DNA of 55,256 nt, taken from IMG/VR virus record IMGVR_UViG_3300045988_123498; one strand, 5' to 3'. Made by a program: the position numbers and the translations under genes. The notes beneath the pieces were generated by a model. That model did not search any database, was not told the origin of the DNA, and was given only the letters and a program-made list of their open reading frames with translations. Origin of the DNA: a virus. Positions 43,681 through 52,914 of this stretch are shown one piece after another. Within the stretch, counting starts at the first letter, position 1; every line of letters starts with the position of its first letter.

Positions 43681-46600
43681 CGTTTTCGACTTCGACAAAT
43701 TTATTGAAATTTACATATTTACTTATAGTTTTTACAGCATCATCAACTAAGCTTTCGTAATATGAAATATCAATATCGTCTTCCTTTCCTAGATTTTTTA
43801 CGTCTTCTGATTCGAGCCACATATAGTCTTTTGTACCTGTGACTGAATCGTATTTAGATGAACCGTCTTTGTTTTTTCTTCTACTAACTAAAACACCTCC
43901 GCCATGTCCGGACTTTATAGGACAAAACGCTCCAACTTTTCCTACGTACTGGTAATTGTGTTCACCGTCAGGAAGAGTTTCATTCATGTCCAAAAGCATT
44001 TCTGTGGAAACTGTCTTAGTCTCACACAAATCCGAAAATATAATTGGTTCATGAGAGAACAATGTTTTGAACACGTATGGAACCGCGAATTGAGTACCTG
44101 TTGCAGTCCAATGACCATCTTTGGCATCTTTAGCTATATACACTGCTTTATTTACGAGACACATTTTCTCGTACGTAGCTTCGTGTTCAAAATTATAACC
44201 ATACTTCTTACCGAACTCTTTAACCTGTTCAATTATTTCAGGTGTAGCATTTGGTATCTTTATCGAGTCCGTCTTTATATGAGCGACCGTGAATCCTTTA
44301 GATTCTACGAATTCCTTTAGGTCGACCATAAATAATGCGCCTCGTTTCGCAATTATGTTATCGATGTTTCGAATATCACGAAAACGATTGTCAAACGAAG
44401 CAAATGTCTGACCGTAAACTGCATTTATAGGAGTTTTAAGACCGTTCGACAGATATTTAGAACTGAGTTCTCCTGATTCAATACGACCTACATATTTCGA
44501 CAGTTTACCATCCAACATTGTTCTTAATACATTCATATTTTGATGCTTGACTTCAACTCTTGTCTCTACGAGGTCCATAAACTTTTGTGTATACTTAGGT
44601 CCGAAGTAACACTCAGACAATGCAGAATGCGGATGCTGAGATGTTATGTCTAACAACGCGACATTAAAATATACTCCGGGTTCAGAATATACAAATCCTC
44701 CTTCACCAACCTCGATACCTTTGTAAGTAGATACACCGTTATCGAACTTGTATCCGTCAAAATAAGGCAAAAGACTATTCGCTTCACCATGACGAATCGC
44801 CATCATATCCGGGAAATACTTTTTCAAAAATATCAATACATCTTCGTCTAGTTCGAAGACCGGTTTTGACAAATCCCTATATCGGAATTCTTTCTGCGGA
44901 TTCTTCTCTGCACCAAATATAATTCGAGCTGTATGCTCGTTCGTACTTGTGTTTAGAGACAATCCTGACAAATCGGCAAGTATCTGTCTAGCGAACCAAT
45001 CGCCTTTTAAGAAATCGAATACCGCTTCAGTAGCTATAACATCGTTGTCACAGTATTCTGCTACTTTTGGAATGTCTTCATCTTTAACTGGCTCATCCCA
45101 CGGTAACCCGAGTTCTTTGTGATGTATACCCAATTTTATTTCAAATTTCTTCAACGACATTTTGTTTCCAGCTGAAGCAAAATCGTATACATCTGCGTAT
45201 GACAAACTATATGCCTGACCAAAGAATCCTGTTCCTTCGTTTATTATCTTTTGACTTAAGTTATACAGTTCTTCATTTGAATAACCGATTAACCGTGCGT
45301 ACAACATATGATTGTCATATCTTTTGCAATTGAACCCGATTAAATTGTGTTTGCAAAGATTGTCGACATCATTTGGTGTTGGGTTTATTAAGCGTATAAC
45401 TGGGTTAACTGCGCCTCTGAATTTCCAATTTATTAAAAATAGATTTGGAAACACCTCTACGTCGAAAAACACGATGTCATCAGTGTTATCCTCATTTAAA
45501 TCTTTTACAGTTTCATGCTCTGAAAAGAATTTCATGTCTGCTACTTTTTTTACGCAATATGCTGCTTGATTTGTACTGTTCATTGCAAAGGCATATATTA
45601 CGTTTTTCAAATCGGATACGTCGTAGTTAATACCACTATTATACGCTTCTTCCAAAGTTTTGTATATCATGTCTATAGACGATTTTGTCGACGGCATTAT
45701 TTCTTTTTTCAAATGCCTCGATATAACCGTTCTGATAGCTTTTTCATTTTTTAAACCATTAAAGTCTATCACTTTGTTTTCTTTTTTTATTGGAAGTCCT
45801 GAATTTATTACGGCTATTTGCTCGTTGTTACATTTCGTTAAAAGGCGTCTTAATGACGAATTGCCATTGAACACTTTTACTTCTATGTTCTCTGAGTAAA
45901 TACCTGCTAGCTTAGAGACATCTCCTTCATAAATATAATGTAAGTGAACACCTTTACCGCTCTTACTCAACTCCGCATACGTCTTCGGAAATTTTGATGC
46001 AGCTTCGATATTTTTAGCTAAAGACTTTTCACCATTGTCTTTCAAGTCGAAGTCTATAACTATATGATTAAGCGGCACCTTGACATAGTGCAATATTGAT
46101 GTATCAATAGATGATAATGTGGTTTTAACCGAATCCCATTTTTTATACGGAAGTCCATCGTTATTTGCGTACTGCGCTGGTTGGTCTTTTAAAATATCAT
46201 CCAGAATAGATGATTGAGATTTCATAGAAAGCCATCCATTGTCCGTATGATTGTCACTTTCGCATTGAGATTCTTCAGATAAATTCAAGTCCTTAAAACC
46301 ATGATAATAACTCCTAGCTCGTGTCCCATCCTCCAAAATATAACGTTCGTGATACTCTTCGAAGTAATTTCTCAATTCTTCTCTGAATATTCGCATAGAA
46401 AACGGATACTGAACTTTTGCTTCATCACAGTAGTTCTTATACATTTCCCATGCTACTTTAAGCGGAACGCCATTGTTTTCCATAAATTTGTTATACGAAT
46501 CTAATACAAAATTATAAAAGTCATTACTAGCGTTCAACATTATAACTGGAACGTATTTATCATATTTTGTCGGATTACTCAGATAGACATTTTTACACTT

Positions 46601-47575
46601 ATTTGCAATCGCTCCGAGTTCAAAGTCTATCTTTTTAGTAAGAGTATTGTATTTCTGCTGACTTACCTTCTTACCTGTCGGTGAAACATCTATCAATCGT
46701 CTGATTATACCTGAACGTGAGTCAGTTATCTTAACTGGCTTGTTGGTTCCCATGAATAAGAAACACCGGTACCGATTACTGTACAACGACTTATACTTCT
46801 CGTTCACGGTCATCATCTCGTGTGATACAAGACTGTTTAATCTAGTGTTATCTTCGATTCTAGACAAATCACCGTCATGTTGTATGCCAACCAACGGATT
46901 GCACTTAAACGGTTCAAGAGCAAAAGAGTTGTTAGATGAACCTAAGGCTTTTGCATCGAATACAGAATAATATCCTTCGAATAGTTTCTGAATAATATTA
47001 AGGACTGTAGACTTACCAGTACCAGCAGAACCGTAAAACACGAGAAATTTCTGTATGTTTACTGAATCTCCTGTTACGATTGAACCTATGGCCCATTCTA
47101 TCTTTTCCTTTTCTGTCGAAGAATATAAAGTACCGACAAGTTCATCCCATGCATCCGTAGGACCATCATTTAACGTATATGATAGCTTTTTGGATACATA
47201 GTCTTCTTTTTTAGGATGCTGGTCTGCGAAAGTTATTCTATCATCTAATTGTACGTAGTTGTCTCTAAGATGCTTCTGGCAATATTTATGCCATTTATCT
47301 ATGAGACCTGATTCTGAATCCCAAAGAAATTTTGGAATGACCGTAACGTCAGGTTTCTCCTCTTGCAATTTATTTGCGTACTGTTTTACGTCATTGTCAA
47401 TCAGGTTCAATAGAACGTTTTCGTCCGTAGACCATAATTGTTCTTGTTCGTTCCAAACGGCATAAAAATCGCCACCTCTTATCATCAAATCGTTAGTACG
47501 ATTAACGATAAATTTAGGATAGACTTCAATTGTCATATCCTTACTTCTTTTAGTTGCTATTAAATAGAAGTCCAT
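43658..47575 (-). CDS. Fusion replicase: SF3/D5-like helicase + AEP primase-polymerase + family B DNA polymerase
   Basis: P-loop FYGSAGTGKST. AEP motifs VIDFDLKD and SGKGVHLHYIY. Exo I FFDVEVFPN, Exo II NCKRYDNHML and Exo III YCDNDVIA. PolB motif A LLDITSQHPHS, motif B KTPINAVYGQT and motif C HIKTDSI. Confidence 0.8.
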   Translation of the reverse strand: MDFYLIATKRSKDMTIEVYPKFIVNRTNDLMIRGGDFYAVWNEQEQLWSTDENVLLNLIDNDVKQYANKLQEEKPDVTVIPKFLWDSESGLIDKWHKYCQKHLRDNYVQLDDRITFADQHPKKEDYVSKKLSYTLNDGPTDAWDELVGTLYSSTEKEKIEWAIGSIVTGDSVNIQKFLVFYGSAGTGKSTVLNIIQKLFEGYYSVFDAKALGSSNNSFALEPFKCNPLVGIQHDGDLSRIEDNTRLNSLVSHEMMTVNEKYKSLYSNRYRCFLFMGTNKPVKITDSRSGIIRRLIDVSPTGKKVSQQKYNTLTKKIDFELGAIANKCKNVYLSNPTKYDKYVPVIMLNASNDFYNFVLDSYNKFMENNGVPLKVAWEMYKNYCDEAKVQYPFSMRIFREELRNYFEEYHERYILEDGTRARSYYHGFKDLNLSEESQCESDNHTDNGWLSMKSQSSILDDILKDQPAQYANNDGLPYKKWDSVKTTLSSIDTSILHYVKVPLNHIVIDFDLKDNGEKSLAKNIEAASKFPKTYAELSKSGKGVHLHYIYEGDVSKLAGIYSENIEVKVFNGNSSLRRLLTKCNNEQIAVINSGLPIKKENKVIDFNGLKNEKAIRTVISRHLKKEIMPSTKSSIDMIYKTLEEAYNSGINYDVSDLKNVIYAFAMNSTNQAAYCVKKVADMKFFSEHETVKDLNEDNTDDIVFFDVEVFPNLFLINWKFRGAVNPVIRLINPTPNDVDNLCKHNLIGFNCKRYDNHMLYARLIGYSNEELYNLSQKIINEGTGFFGQAYSLSYADVYDFASAGNKMSLKKFEIKLGIHHKELGLPWDEPVKDEDIPKVAEYCDNDVIATEAVFDFLKGDWFARQILADLSGLSLNTSTNEHTARIIFGAEKNPQKEFRYRDLSKPVFELDEDVLIFLKKYFPDMMAIRHGEANSLLPYFDGYKFDNGVSTYKGIEVGEGGFVYSEPGVYFNVALLDITSQHPHSALSECYFGPKYTQKFMDLVETRVEVKHQNMNVLRTMLDGKLSKYVGRIESGELSSKYLSNGLKTPINAVYGQTFASFDNRFRDIRNIDNIIAKRGALFMVDLKEFVESKGFTVAHIKTDSIKIPNATPEIIEQVKEFGKKYGYNFEHEATYEKMCLVNKAVYIAKDAKDGHWTATGTQFAVPYVFKTLFSHEPIIFSDLCETKTVSTEMLLDMNETLPDGEHNYQYVGKVGAFCPIKSGHGGGVLVSRRKNKDGSSKYDSVTGTKDYMWLESEDVKNLGKEDDIDISYYESLVDDAVKTISKYVNFNKFVEVENDGEDSGV

Positions 47576-47605
47576 CCGTTCTCCTTTCTAAATGTTTTTG
47601 ATATA

Positions 47606-48109
47606 TCAATGACATAGTTCTGTCATGAAGACCTGCATCTGGTCCCAGATAGACAACGTTCGCATGTCTATTTTTTTATTACGTGTCACAAATGGAGACC
47701 CGCTACCGTTTTTCTTGTATGTTTTAGTACAGAATTTGTCAATGATATCCTTAACCCTTTTTTCATCGAAATTTGAATCTGTCATATCTATGAGACCCAT
47801 ATTTACTATGAATTCCCAAAACCATTGAGAACCTCGATAACCGTATTTCGGGTCATACAAAGTGTTCTCGATTTCCATTGCCAATTCAACGAGAAGTTCA
47901 AATACAGACGATTCCTGAAACGGAGGAGCATATTCATTGAAATTGCTTAACCTCCGTTTAGACAACGCGTTGTTAATTCTAGAATCGTCCTCGTCGAACT
48001 TATTAATGTATGGTGTTGAGAAAAGACATTTCAATAAAAGTGAATATTCACTCCTATAAAATATCTTCCTCACCAGATATGAGAAATATGCATTCTCATC
48101 GTTCATCAT
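47606..48109 (-). CDS. Hypothetical 167-aa protein
   Basis: Track ORF, with an ATG start confirmed in the sequence. Confidence 0.8.
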   Translation of the reverse strand: MMNDENAYFSYLVRKIFYRSEYSLLLKCLFSTPYINKFDEDDSRINNALSKRRLSNFNEYAPPFQESSVFELLVELAMEIENTLYDPKYGYRGSQWFWEFIVNMGLIDMTDSNFDEKRVKDIIDKFCTKTYKKNGSGSPFVTRNKKIDMRTLSIWDQMQVFMTELCH

Positions 48110-48115
48110 TCATCC

Positions 48116-48736
48116 TCAGCTCAAATCTTCTGCGATTTCATAATATCTCTTGAGAGTGTTGTTTTGGATATAGACTGCGTCTTCATCTGTCTCCCTAAAA
48201 ATACGCTTAAACGAGTCTCCTACGTAATCTACGTAATCAGTTATCTCTCGTCCTTTCAAATCATACATCTTATCTCTCTCAGTATTATATTCCCACTGAA
48301 TCATCTGATAAGTTGCGATTTCTCCGTATTCAGATGAATCAATAATCATGACGTCAGTAGATGCATCAACGTAACAATCTTCCGGTTCTCCATCGTAATT
48401 GTCATCTTTTTCATAACAAATAACATCATCGTCAGTCAATTCATCGTCTTCGTATGAGAACATTTCAAACTCGTCATCAGGATACTCATCGTCATCGAAC
48501 ATGTCATCCGACTCACTAGAGCCAGAATAAATATCAATTACCTCTTTAGCAGTTTTCACCGCATCATCCATATCCTTTTTAAAGTCGTCATCATCGTGAC
48601 GAAAAAACTCATTTACCATATCGGTATATTTCCTTTCCATTTCGTCCTTCTTTTTCTTAAATATAAAGAACGACGTAACACCTGTGATAATGCCTCCGGC
48701 GATAACACCGCTTACAAACCACATCCAATTAGTCAT
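48116..48736 (-). CDS. N-terminally membrane-anchored, highly acidic protein
   Basis: 206 aa with TM WMWFVSGVIAGGIITGVTSFFIF followed by D/E-rich sequence. Confidence 0.8.
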   Translation of the reverse strand: MTNWMWFVSGVIAGGIITGVTSFFIFKKKKDEMERKYTDMVNEFFRHDDDDFKKDMDDAVKTAKEVIDIYSGSSESDDMFDDDEYPDDEFEMFSYEDDELTDDDVICYEKDDNYDGEPEDCYVDASTDVMIIDSSEYGEIATYQMIQWEYNTERDKMYDLKGREITDYVDYVGDSFKRIFRETDEDAVYIQNNTLKRYYEIAEDLS

Positions 48737-48759
48737 AATATTTTACCTCCTTAGATATC

Positions 48760-49629
48760 TTAGATATACTGCAATACATCGCCTTGGACATTAAAGTCAA
48801 GCCAAATGCCGGGTTCGTAACCATTGATAAACAAACGTTTTGATTCATCTGAAATATCATAGATACCAAAATCAATCTTTGCGTTTTTGTCTATCTTCTT
48901 GCTCCAGCCTACGAGTTGTCCCTGCGGTGTCCTCGGGAATCCGAGCATTTCATACACCTCGTTAAGTGTCATAGTCTTATTTACGCTGAATTTTTCATTC
49001 GCGAACCGTTGCATCTTCAACAGGTAGAATAACCTATCTTCTGCGTCATCAGTCCAACCCGGACTCCCTTTACAGAAGCACCTTGTATAGGCGCTGTGTT
49101 CAGGTTCGATGGTCCTTTCAGTCTGCTTTTTCTTCTTAGACGTAGACCCATCTTCAGGCTGTTTAACATCTTTTACATTGAATCTGAACTGTCTATCGGC
49201 ATCCTCACCGTACTTTTCTTTCACGTTTTCTCGGTACTTATTAAAAGCACTCGAAACTCCGATAAATGCACTACCAAGCGTGAGGTAGCGTTTGTTCAAG
49301 ATACAGTGTGCTCCGACAAACGCAGCAGTTGTAAGACCACCAACGAGTACAGAAGGGATATATGCCTTAACGCATTCGCGAGCGTAAGTTATGTCATTTA
49401 CCTTAGTATCGTTCGCAATATCTTCTTCCGTATATTCGAATGTTTCATCGTTTTTTGCTTCTTCAATGACAGCAGCGATTTCTTCATGCTTCTTCTTAGC
49501 CACAATCTGCTTTTCAGCGCCTTTTTTCACAGAATATCCAAACACACCAAGGCCAATTACGCCCATAGTGGTTAGTGCAGTAGGCAGACACGCCTTCACG
49601 AAAGTTTTTACTGTATTAAATGATATCAT
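48760..49629 (-). CDS. Two-TM protein, paralog family with 51987..52727 and 52915..53637
   Basis: Shared layout: TM1, basic linker, (A/S)Y(I/A)P-TM2, ..(F/Y)(N/S)KY(R/K).. and C-terminal LNE(V/F)Y..L....G..VGW(S/T)K. Confidence 0.85.
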   Translation of the reverse strand: MISFNTVKTFVKACLPTALTTMGVIGLGVFGYSVKKGAEKQIVAKKKHEEIAAVIEEAKNDETFEYTEEDIANDTKVNDITYARECVKAYIPSVLVGGLTTAAFVGAHCILNKRYLTLGSAFIGVSSAFNKYRENVKEKYGEDADRQFRFNVKDVKQPEDGSTSKKKKQTERTIEPEHSAYTRCFCKGSPGWTDDAEDRLFYLLKMQRFANEKFSVNKTMTLNEVYEMLGFPRTPQGQLVGWSKKIDKNAKIDFGIYDISDESKRLFINGYEPGIWLDFNVQGDVLQYI

Positions 49630-49874
49630 TACTTTTCCTCCTTTGTGTCCTTCGCGTATGTTTTATTCTTAATCTTTATAAGACGGTTCAAATACCATCT
49701 TGCTTTCTCCAAATCTTCAATTTCGTTCTTTTGGTCAAACCGCCAAATATACTTAATAATCTGACCTACATAAAATCCTTCAATACCATTCTTATTAGAA
49801 ATTGCTGATTCAATAGCGTCGATGCATTCAACTTTCGTTCCAGAATAATGCCTAGGATGATTCACAGTACTCAT
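49629..49874 (-). CDS. DUF3310-family protein
   Basis: VNHPRHYSG..VECIDAIE....GFYVGQIIKYIWRFDQKN.IEDLEKARWYLNRLI matches the DUF3310 signature (HP.HY...IE.ID......KY..R...K...EDL.KA..YL). Confidence 0.7.
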   Translation of the reverse strand: MSTVNHPRHYSGTKVECIDAIESAISNKNGIEGFYVGQIIKYIWRFDQKNEIEDLEKARWYLNRLIKIKNKTYAKDTKEEK

Positions 49875-49886
49875 TTTCTTTGCTCC

Positions 49887-50462
49887 TTAAATAGATTTAA
49901 ATGATATGGGTTTGGGAAATTTTATATACCATTTCCCGTTTGAAAGATAAACAGAGGCTGTCCGTAATGAAGTCCAGCCGTAATCGTTCGTTACATAATC
50001 GAACGGAATATCCAGAGCATCGTACATCTCCGCTACAGAAACCATACCTGTAGCTTCTATTTTAGATGTCAATGCTTGTAGTAAATTCTTTGCTTCTGTA
50101 GGATTATTAAAATTTACATTGTTATAATCCGACACTGTTGCTTTCTTCCAATTAATTGAGTTAATTTGCTGGCTGTTACCAGAAATGTTGTAGTTAGTGT
50201 AACCGTTATTATTCGAGTAGTTTTGAAAACTATAATTTGTATAATTGCTTCCGTTTGAAAAACGACCTTGATTGTTAGACTTTATGTCCTTTCTATAAAT
50301 TAGATAGTCACTGCCGTTTTTAATCAAATTTGACAACAAATTTTTTAAACTTGGACTGATTAACTCAACCCAAAGGTCTTTCGCCATTTTTAAAAAGACT
50401 GAATCTGGTTTAGACAGACTGGCCTTAGGTGTATTAGGCGTATTTTGTTCCTTATTTTCCAT
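49887..50462 (-). CDS. Hypothetical N/S/Y-rich 191-aa protein
   Basis: Track ORF. No SD lies before the ATG, which directly follows a terminator-like hairpin. Confidence 0.7.
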   Translation of the reverse strand: MENKEQNTPNTPKASLSKPDSVFLKMAKDLWVELISPSLKNLLSNLIKNGSDYLIYRKDIKSNNQGRFSNGSNYTNYSFQNYSNNNGYTNYNISGNSQQINSINWKKATVSDYNNVNFNNPTEAKNLLQALTSKIEATGMVSVAEMYDALDIPFDYVTNDYGWTSLRTASVYLSNGKWYIKFPKPISFKSI

Positions 50463-50503
50463 GAAAAAATATAAAGGAGACTGTGTTTTTAATCACAATC
50501 CCC
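50463..50503 (-). terminator. Intrinsic terminator candidate
   Basis: Minus RNA reads GGGGAUUGUG-auuaaaaa-CACAGUCUCC (10 bp including two G.U pairs) followed by UUUAUAUUUUUU. Confidence 0.55.
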
Positions 50504-50537
50504 TTTACATACCTCCTTTTTTTAATCGTATTGAGTT

Positions 50538-50834
50538 TTATTTAACTTCTTCTCCGTCACAATCAATCACATCACAGTCGTTGATGTCAACAACCTTTTT
50601 TCTGTTTTTGTGCTCCTTGATTTTTCTGTCCAGCAGCTTATACAGCTTAATTCCGCCGTAAATAAGACCGCCGATTGCTGCAGATGCACCAATTCCTATT
50701 CCTATTCCTCCAAGCGTTAAGTTTTTCGCTGATGATACTACTGTTTCAGTAATATCAGTTGCACCAACGGTGTTGGTTACCGCATTTTCAACCGCGTTAG
50801 TTACGTGAGTTACGTTTTCGTTGAGTTCGTTCAT
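50538..50834 (-). CDS. 98-aa membrane protein
   Basis: Track ORF with a Gly-rich TM segment, LGGIGIGIGASAAIGGLIYGGI. Confidence 0.8.
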   Translation of the reverse strand: MNELNENVTHVTNAVENAVTNTVGATDITETVVSSAKNLTLGGIGIGIGASAAIGGLIYGGIKLYKLLDRKIKEHKNRKKVVDINDCDVIDCDGEEVK

Positions 50835-50863
50835 AATAAAAATCTCCTTTAAATTTAAAAATT

Positions 50864-50938
50864 GGGAAGTATCCCATAATAGTATTTGTTTTTCTCGTCA
50901 AAAAATAAAACAAAAAGGCCATCGTTTTATTGATGACC
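50864..50938 (-). promoter_or_regulatory. Cassette I: promoter block with a different terminator hairpin (50917..50938)
   Basis: Minus strand reads GGTCATC-aataaaac-GATGGCC TTTTTGTTTTATTTTT TGACGAGAAAAACAAATACTATTATGGGATACTTCCC. Confidence 0.55.
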
Positions 50939-50961
50939 CTCTTGCTTTCTACTTACCTATT

Positions 50962-51114
50962 TTACCTATCATGTATATTATGATGTATACTTCTATGGAT
51001 AGGATGTGTATACGTGTGTCTCAATGCTTCCGCTTCGTCTTTATCTTTCTGCTTGCGTACAGCATTCTTAATTGATATAACACAAATTATTCCAATAATA
51101 AGCCCTACTATCAT
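50962..51114 (-). CDS. 50-aa TM peptide with a His-rich tail
   Basis: MIVGLIIGIICVISIKNAVRKQKDKDEAEALRHTYTHPIHRSIHHNIHDR. RBS is GGAGGATACT. Confidence 0.5.
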   Translation of the reverse strand: MIVGLIIGIICVISIKNAVRKQKDKDEAEALRHTYTHPIHRSIHHNIHDR

Positions 51115-51139
51115 AGTATCCTCCAAGTTTTAATTTTTT

Positions 51140-51176
51140 GGTAGTATCCCATAATAGCGTTTGTTTTTCTCGTCAG
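51140..51176 (-). promoter_or_regulatory. Cassette J, promoter-like block only
   Basis: Minus strand reads CTGACGAGAAAAACAAACGCTATTATGGGATACTACC. Confidence 0.45.
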
Positions 51177-51304
51177 TTTGTGCTTGTCTCGTACTTTTTT
51201 ATTTCTGCCGATATTTCTTTTTTCATATCGTTTTCCAAATATCTTGCGATAAGAAATCCGCCTATCATATCACAGATTGTTCCTAAAGCGTTAAACACGT
51301 TCAT
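51173..51304 (-). CDS. 43-aa peptide
   Basis: MNVFNALGTICDMIGGFLIARYLENDMKKEISAEIKKYETSTN. RBS is AGGAGGAAGATTTGAAA. It overlaps the end of the ThyX-like gene. Confidence 0.45.
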   Translation of the reverse strand: MNVFNALGTICDMIGGFLIARYLENDMKKEISAEIKKYETSTN

Positions 51305-51974
51305 TTTCAAATCTTCCTCCTGTTATAAGCCAACTGTTAGGTAGCTCACGTATTTTTTTACAAAAACTAATCCATTCGTACAATTTATGAGACTTTCGCT
51401 CATTATACATCTTGTGTAATGCCTCGTAACTAAGCATCACGGTTCGTTTTTGATTATACGAACTAGGTAGTGTCTGTATAATCTGCCACCAATATTTTTT
51501 ATCCATTGTTTTTAAATATAAATCGCGATTCTTGTTTAAATAATCGATTATATTGTCTAGACAATTGAAATCAGTTAACATATCAGCGCTAAAATCTTCT
51601 CGCACGAATTTTTTAGCTGTTATCTTATGCATAGTTGAGCACGAATTACTTACAGTTCCAACTTTATATGTGTCGAACTCTTTCCACCAATATAGTGGTG
51701 CGCAAATATCCATATAAACAACTATCATTCTCATAAATTTTCTGTGCGACGGTCCAGCCTTGACAAGTTGATTCATCAAAGTTGTGTCATTGTACCCTAG
51801 AAAATATACATGGTCTGCAGGTTCAACATGGAGCTCAGTTTCGTCTATCATAGCGTCAATACGAGGGATATTATTATACCCACTATCTGATTTGTCCCAA
51901 GAATTCATTGGGTTACGCATCCCTCGTATCGACTCTTCGAAACCGTAAACGCTCACTTTATCTATAGTCAGCAT
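51291..51974 (-). CDS. ThyX-like (flavin-dependent thymidylate synthase fold) protein, divergent
   Basis: SHRKFMRMIVVYMDICAPLYWWKEFDTYKVGTVSNSCSTMH aligns by eye with the ThyX H..LEH....F.I.G.SR.....L.RHR..S..Q.S.RY. The RHR triad reads TYK. Confidence 0.35.
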   Translation of the reverse strand: MLTIDKVSVYGFEESIRGMRNPMNSWDKSDSGYNNIPRIDAMIDETELHVEPADHVYFLGYNDTTLMNQLVKAGPSHRKFMRMIVVYMDICAPLYWWKEFDTYKVGTVSNSCSTMHKITAKKFVREDFSADMLTDFNCLDNIIDYLNKNRDLYLKTMDKKYWWQIIQTLPSSYNQKRTVMLSYEALHKMYNERKSHKLYEWISFCKKIRELPNSWLITGGRFENERV

Positions 51975-51986
51975 TATCGATTCTCC

Positions 51987-52727
51987 TTACAGCAATTGCG
52001 GTTCTTCAAACGACAACATCAAGACGTAAAAATTCTCGTCTATACAAGCTCTACGATGCCAAAAATGCACTTCTTCGTCAATCCACCACAAAGATTGCAT
52101 ACTTATAGGATATTCGTCGTCATAATAGTTCTTAAGTACAATGTCCATGTCCAATTGTCTATAAAAATCTATAACTGAACACCTTCCACGTTTTCGTACA
52201 ACTTCATTTACATAATGCTCAGCTGTCAGGAGTTCATCCATCGTAGTCTCCATGTATGATAAAGTAAACATGTCATAGACAAGTATAGTATCAGGGTTAT
52301 CATCAGATATAGTTAAACCCATATCTTTTACATCTTGTCTAGCGATGTCTTCCTCAATTTTATCCTTAAGTCCTGCCTTTTCCAACGCAGAATTGATTTT
52401 GTCTTTGTATTTACTGTAGGATGCATTCGCAAACGTGTACAATCCAATCAAAGACGCCTGTTGTCTGTTGGACAGAATTGTATTTCCAATGATGCTAGCT
52501 ACTGTACCTATTCCAGTAGCTATTACAGGAGCATACGATTTGACGTCACTAATAACAGCATCTTTTTTTGTGAAATCGTCTCCCTTCTGTTTTTTCAACT
52601 CTTCTTTTCGTTGTACAGCTTTTGGAGTTATTTTAGCCGTAAGTACGATAGACGCTACCGTTCCTACAACGCTCAAAGCACTAAGAATATAATTCCCATT
52701 TTTTTTAAAAAATTCGCTGAAACTCAT
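51987..52727 (-). CDS. Two-TM protein, paralog family (see 48760..49629)
   Basis: 246-aa track ORF with motifs KSYAPVIATGIG...SYSKYKDKI. Confidence 0.85.
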   Translation of the reverse strand: MSFSEFFKKNGNYILSALSVVGTVASIVLTAKITPKAVQRKEELKKQKGDDFTKKDAVISDVKSYAPVIATGIGTVASIIGNTILSNRQQASLIGLYTFANASYSKYKDKINSALEKAGLKDKIEEDIARQDVKDMGLTISDDNPDTILVYDMFTLSYMETTMDELLTAEHYVNEVVRKRGRCSVIDFYRQLDMDIVLKNYYDDEYPISMQSLWWIDEEVHFWHRRACIDENFYVLMLSFEEPQLL

Positions 52728-52897
52728 TTTGACACCTCATCTTTAACTTTTTTAAATTTGTTCTTTACAGAATTTTTAAACGACGTCCACTTTGCAGGAT
52801 TCCGTTTTATGATGATAAACGCTGCGATACCGACCGGGATAATTATGTTGGTTGTCCACAGTCGTATTTCCCTCATCAGTTCCACATTCCTACTCAT
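52724..52897 (-). CDS. 57-aa single-TM protein
   Basis: MSRNVELMREIRLWTTNIIIPVGIAAFIIIKRNPAKWTSFKNSVKNKFKKVKDEVSK. RBS is GGAGGCATAATCAT. Its stop overlaps the next start (ATGA). Confidence 0.55.
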   Translation of the reverse strand: MSRNVELMREIRLWTTNIIIPVGIAAFIIIKRNPAKWTSFKNSVKNKFKKVKDEVSK

Positions 52898-52914
52898 ATG
52901 ATTATGCCTCCAGA

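Noticed and set aside
50505-50520. AAAGGAGGT-ATG-TAA lies upstream of the 50463..50503 hairpin and could be a start-stop mini-ORF.
   Set aside because: The SD-to-ATG spacing is only 1 nt, too short for initiation. It is probably a coincidental sequence in the 3' UTR of 50538..50834.
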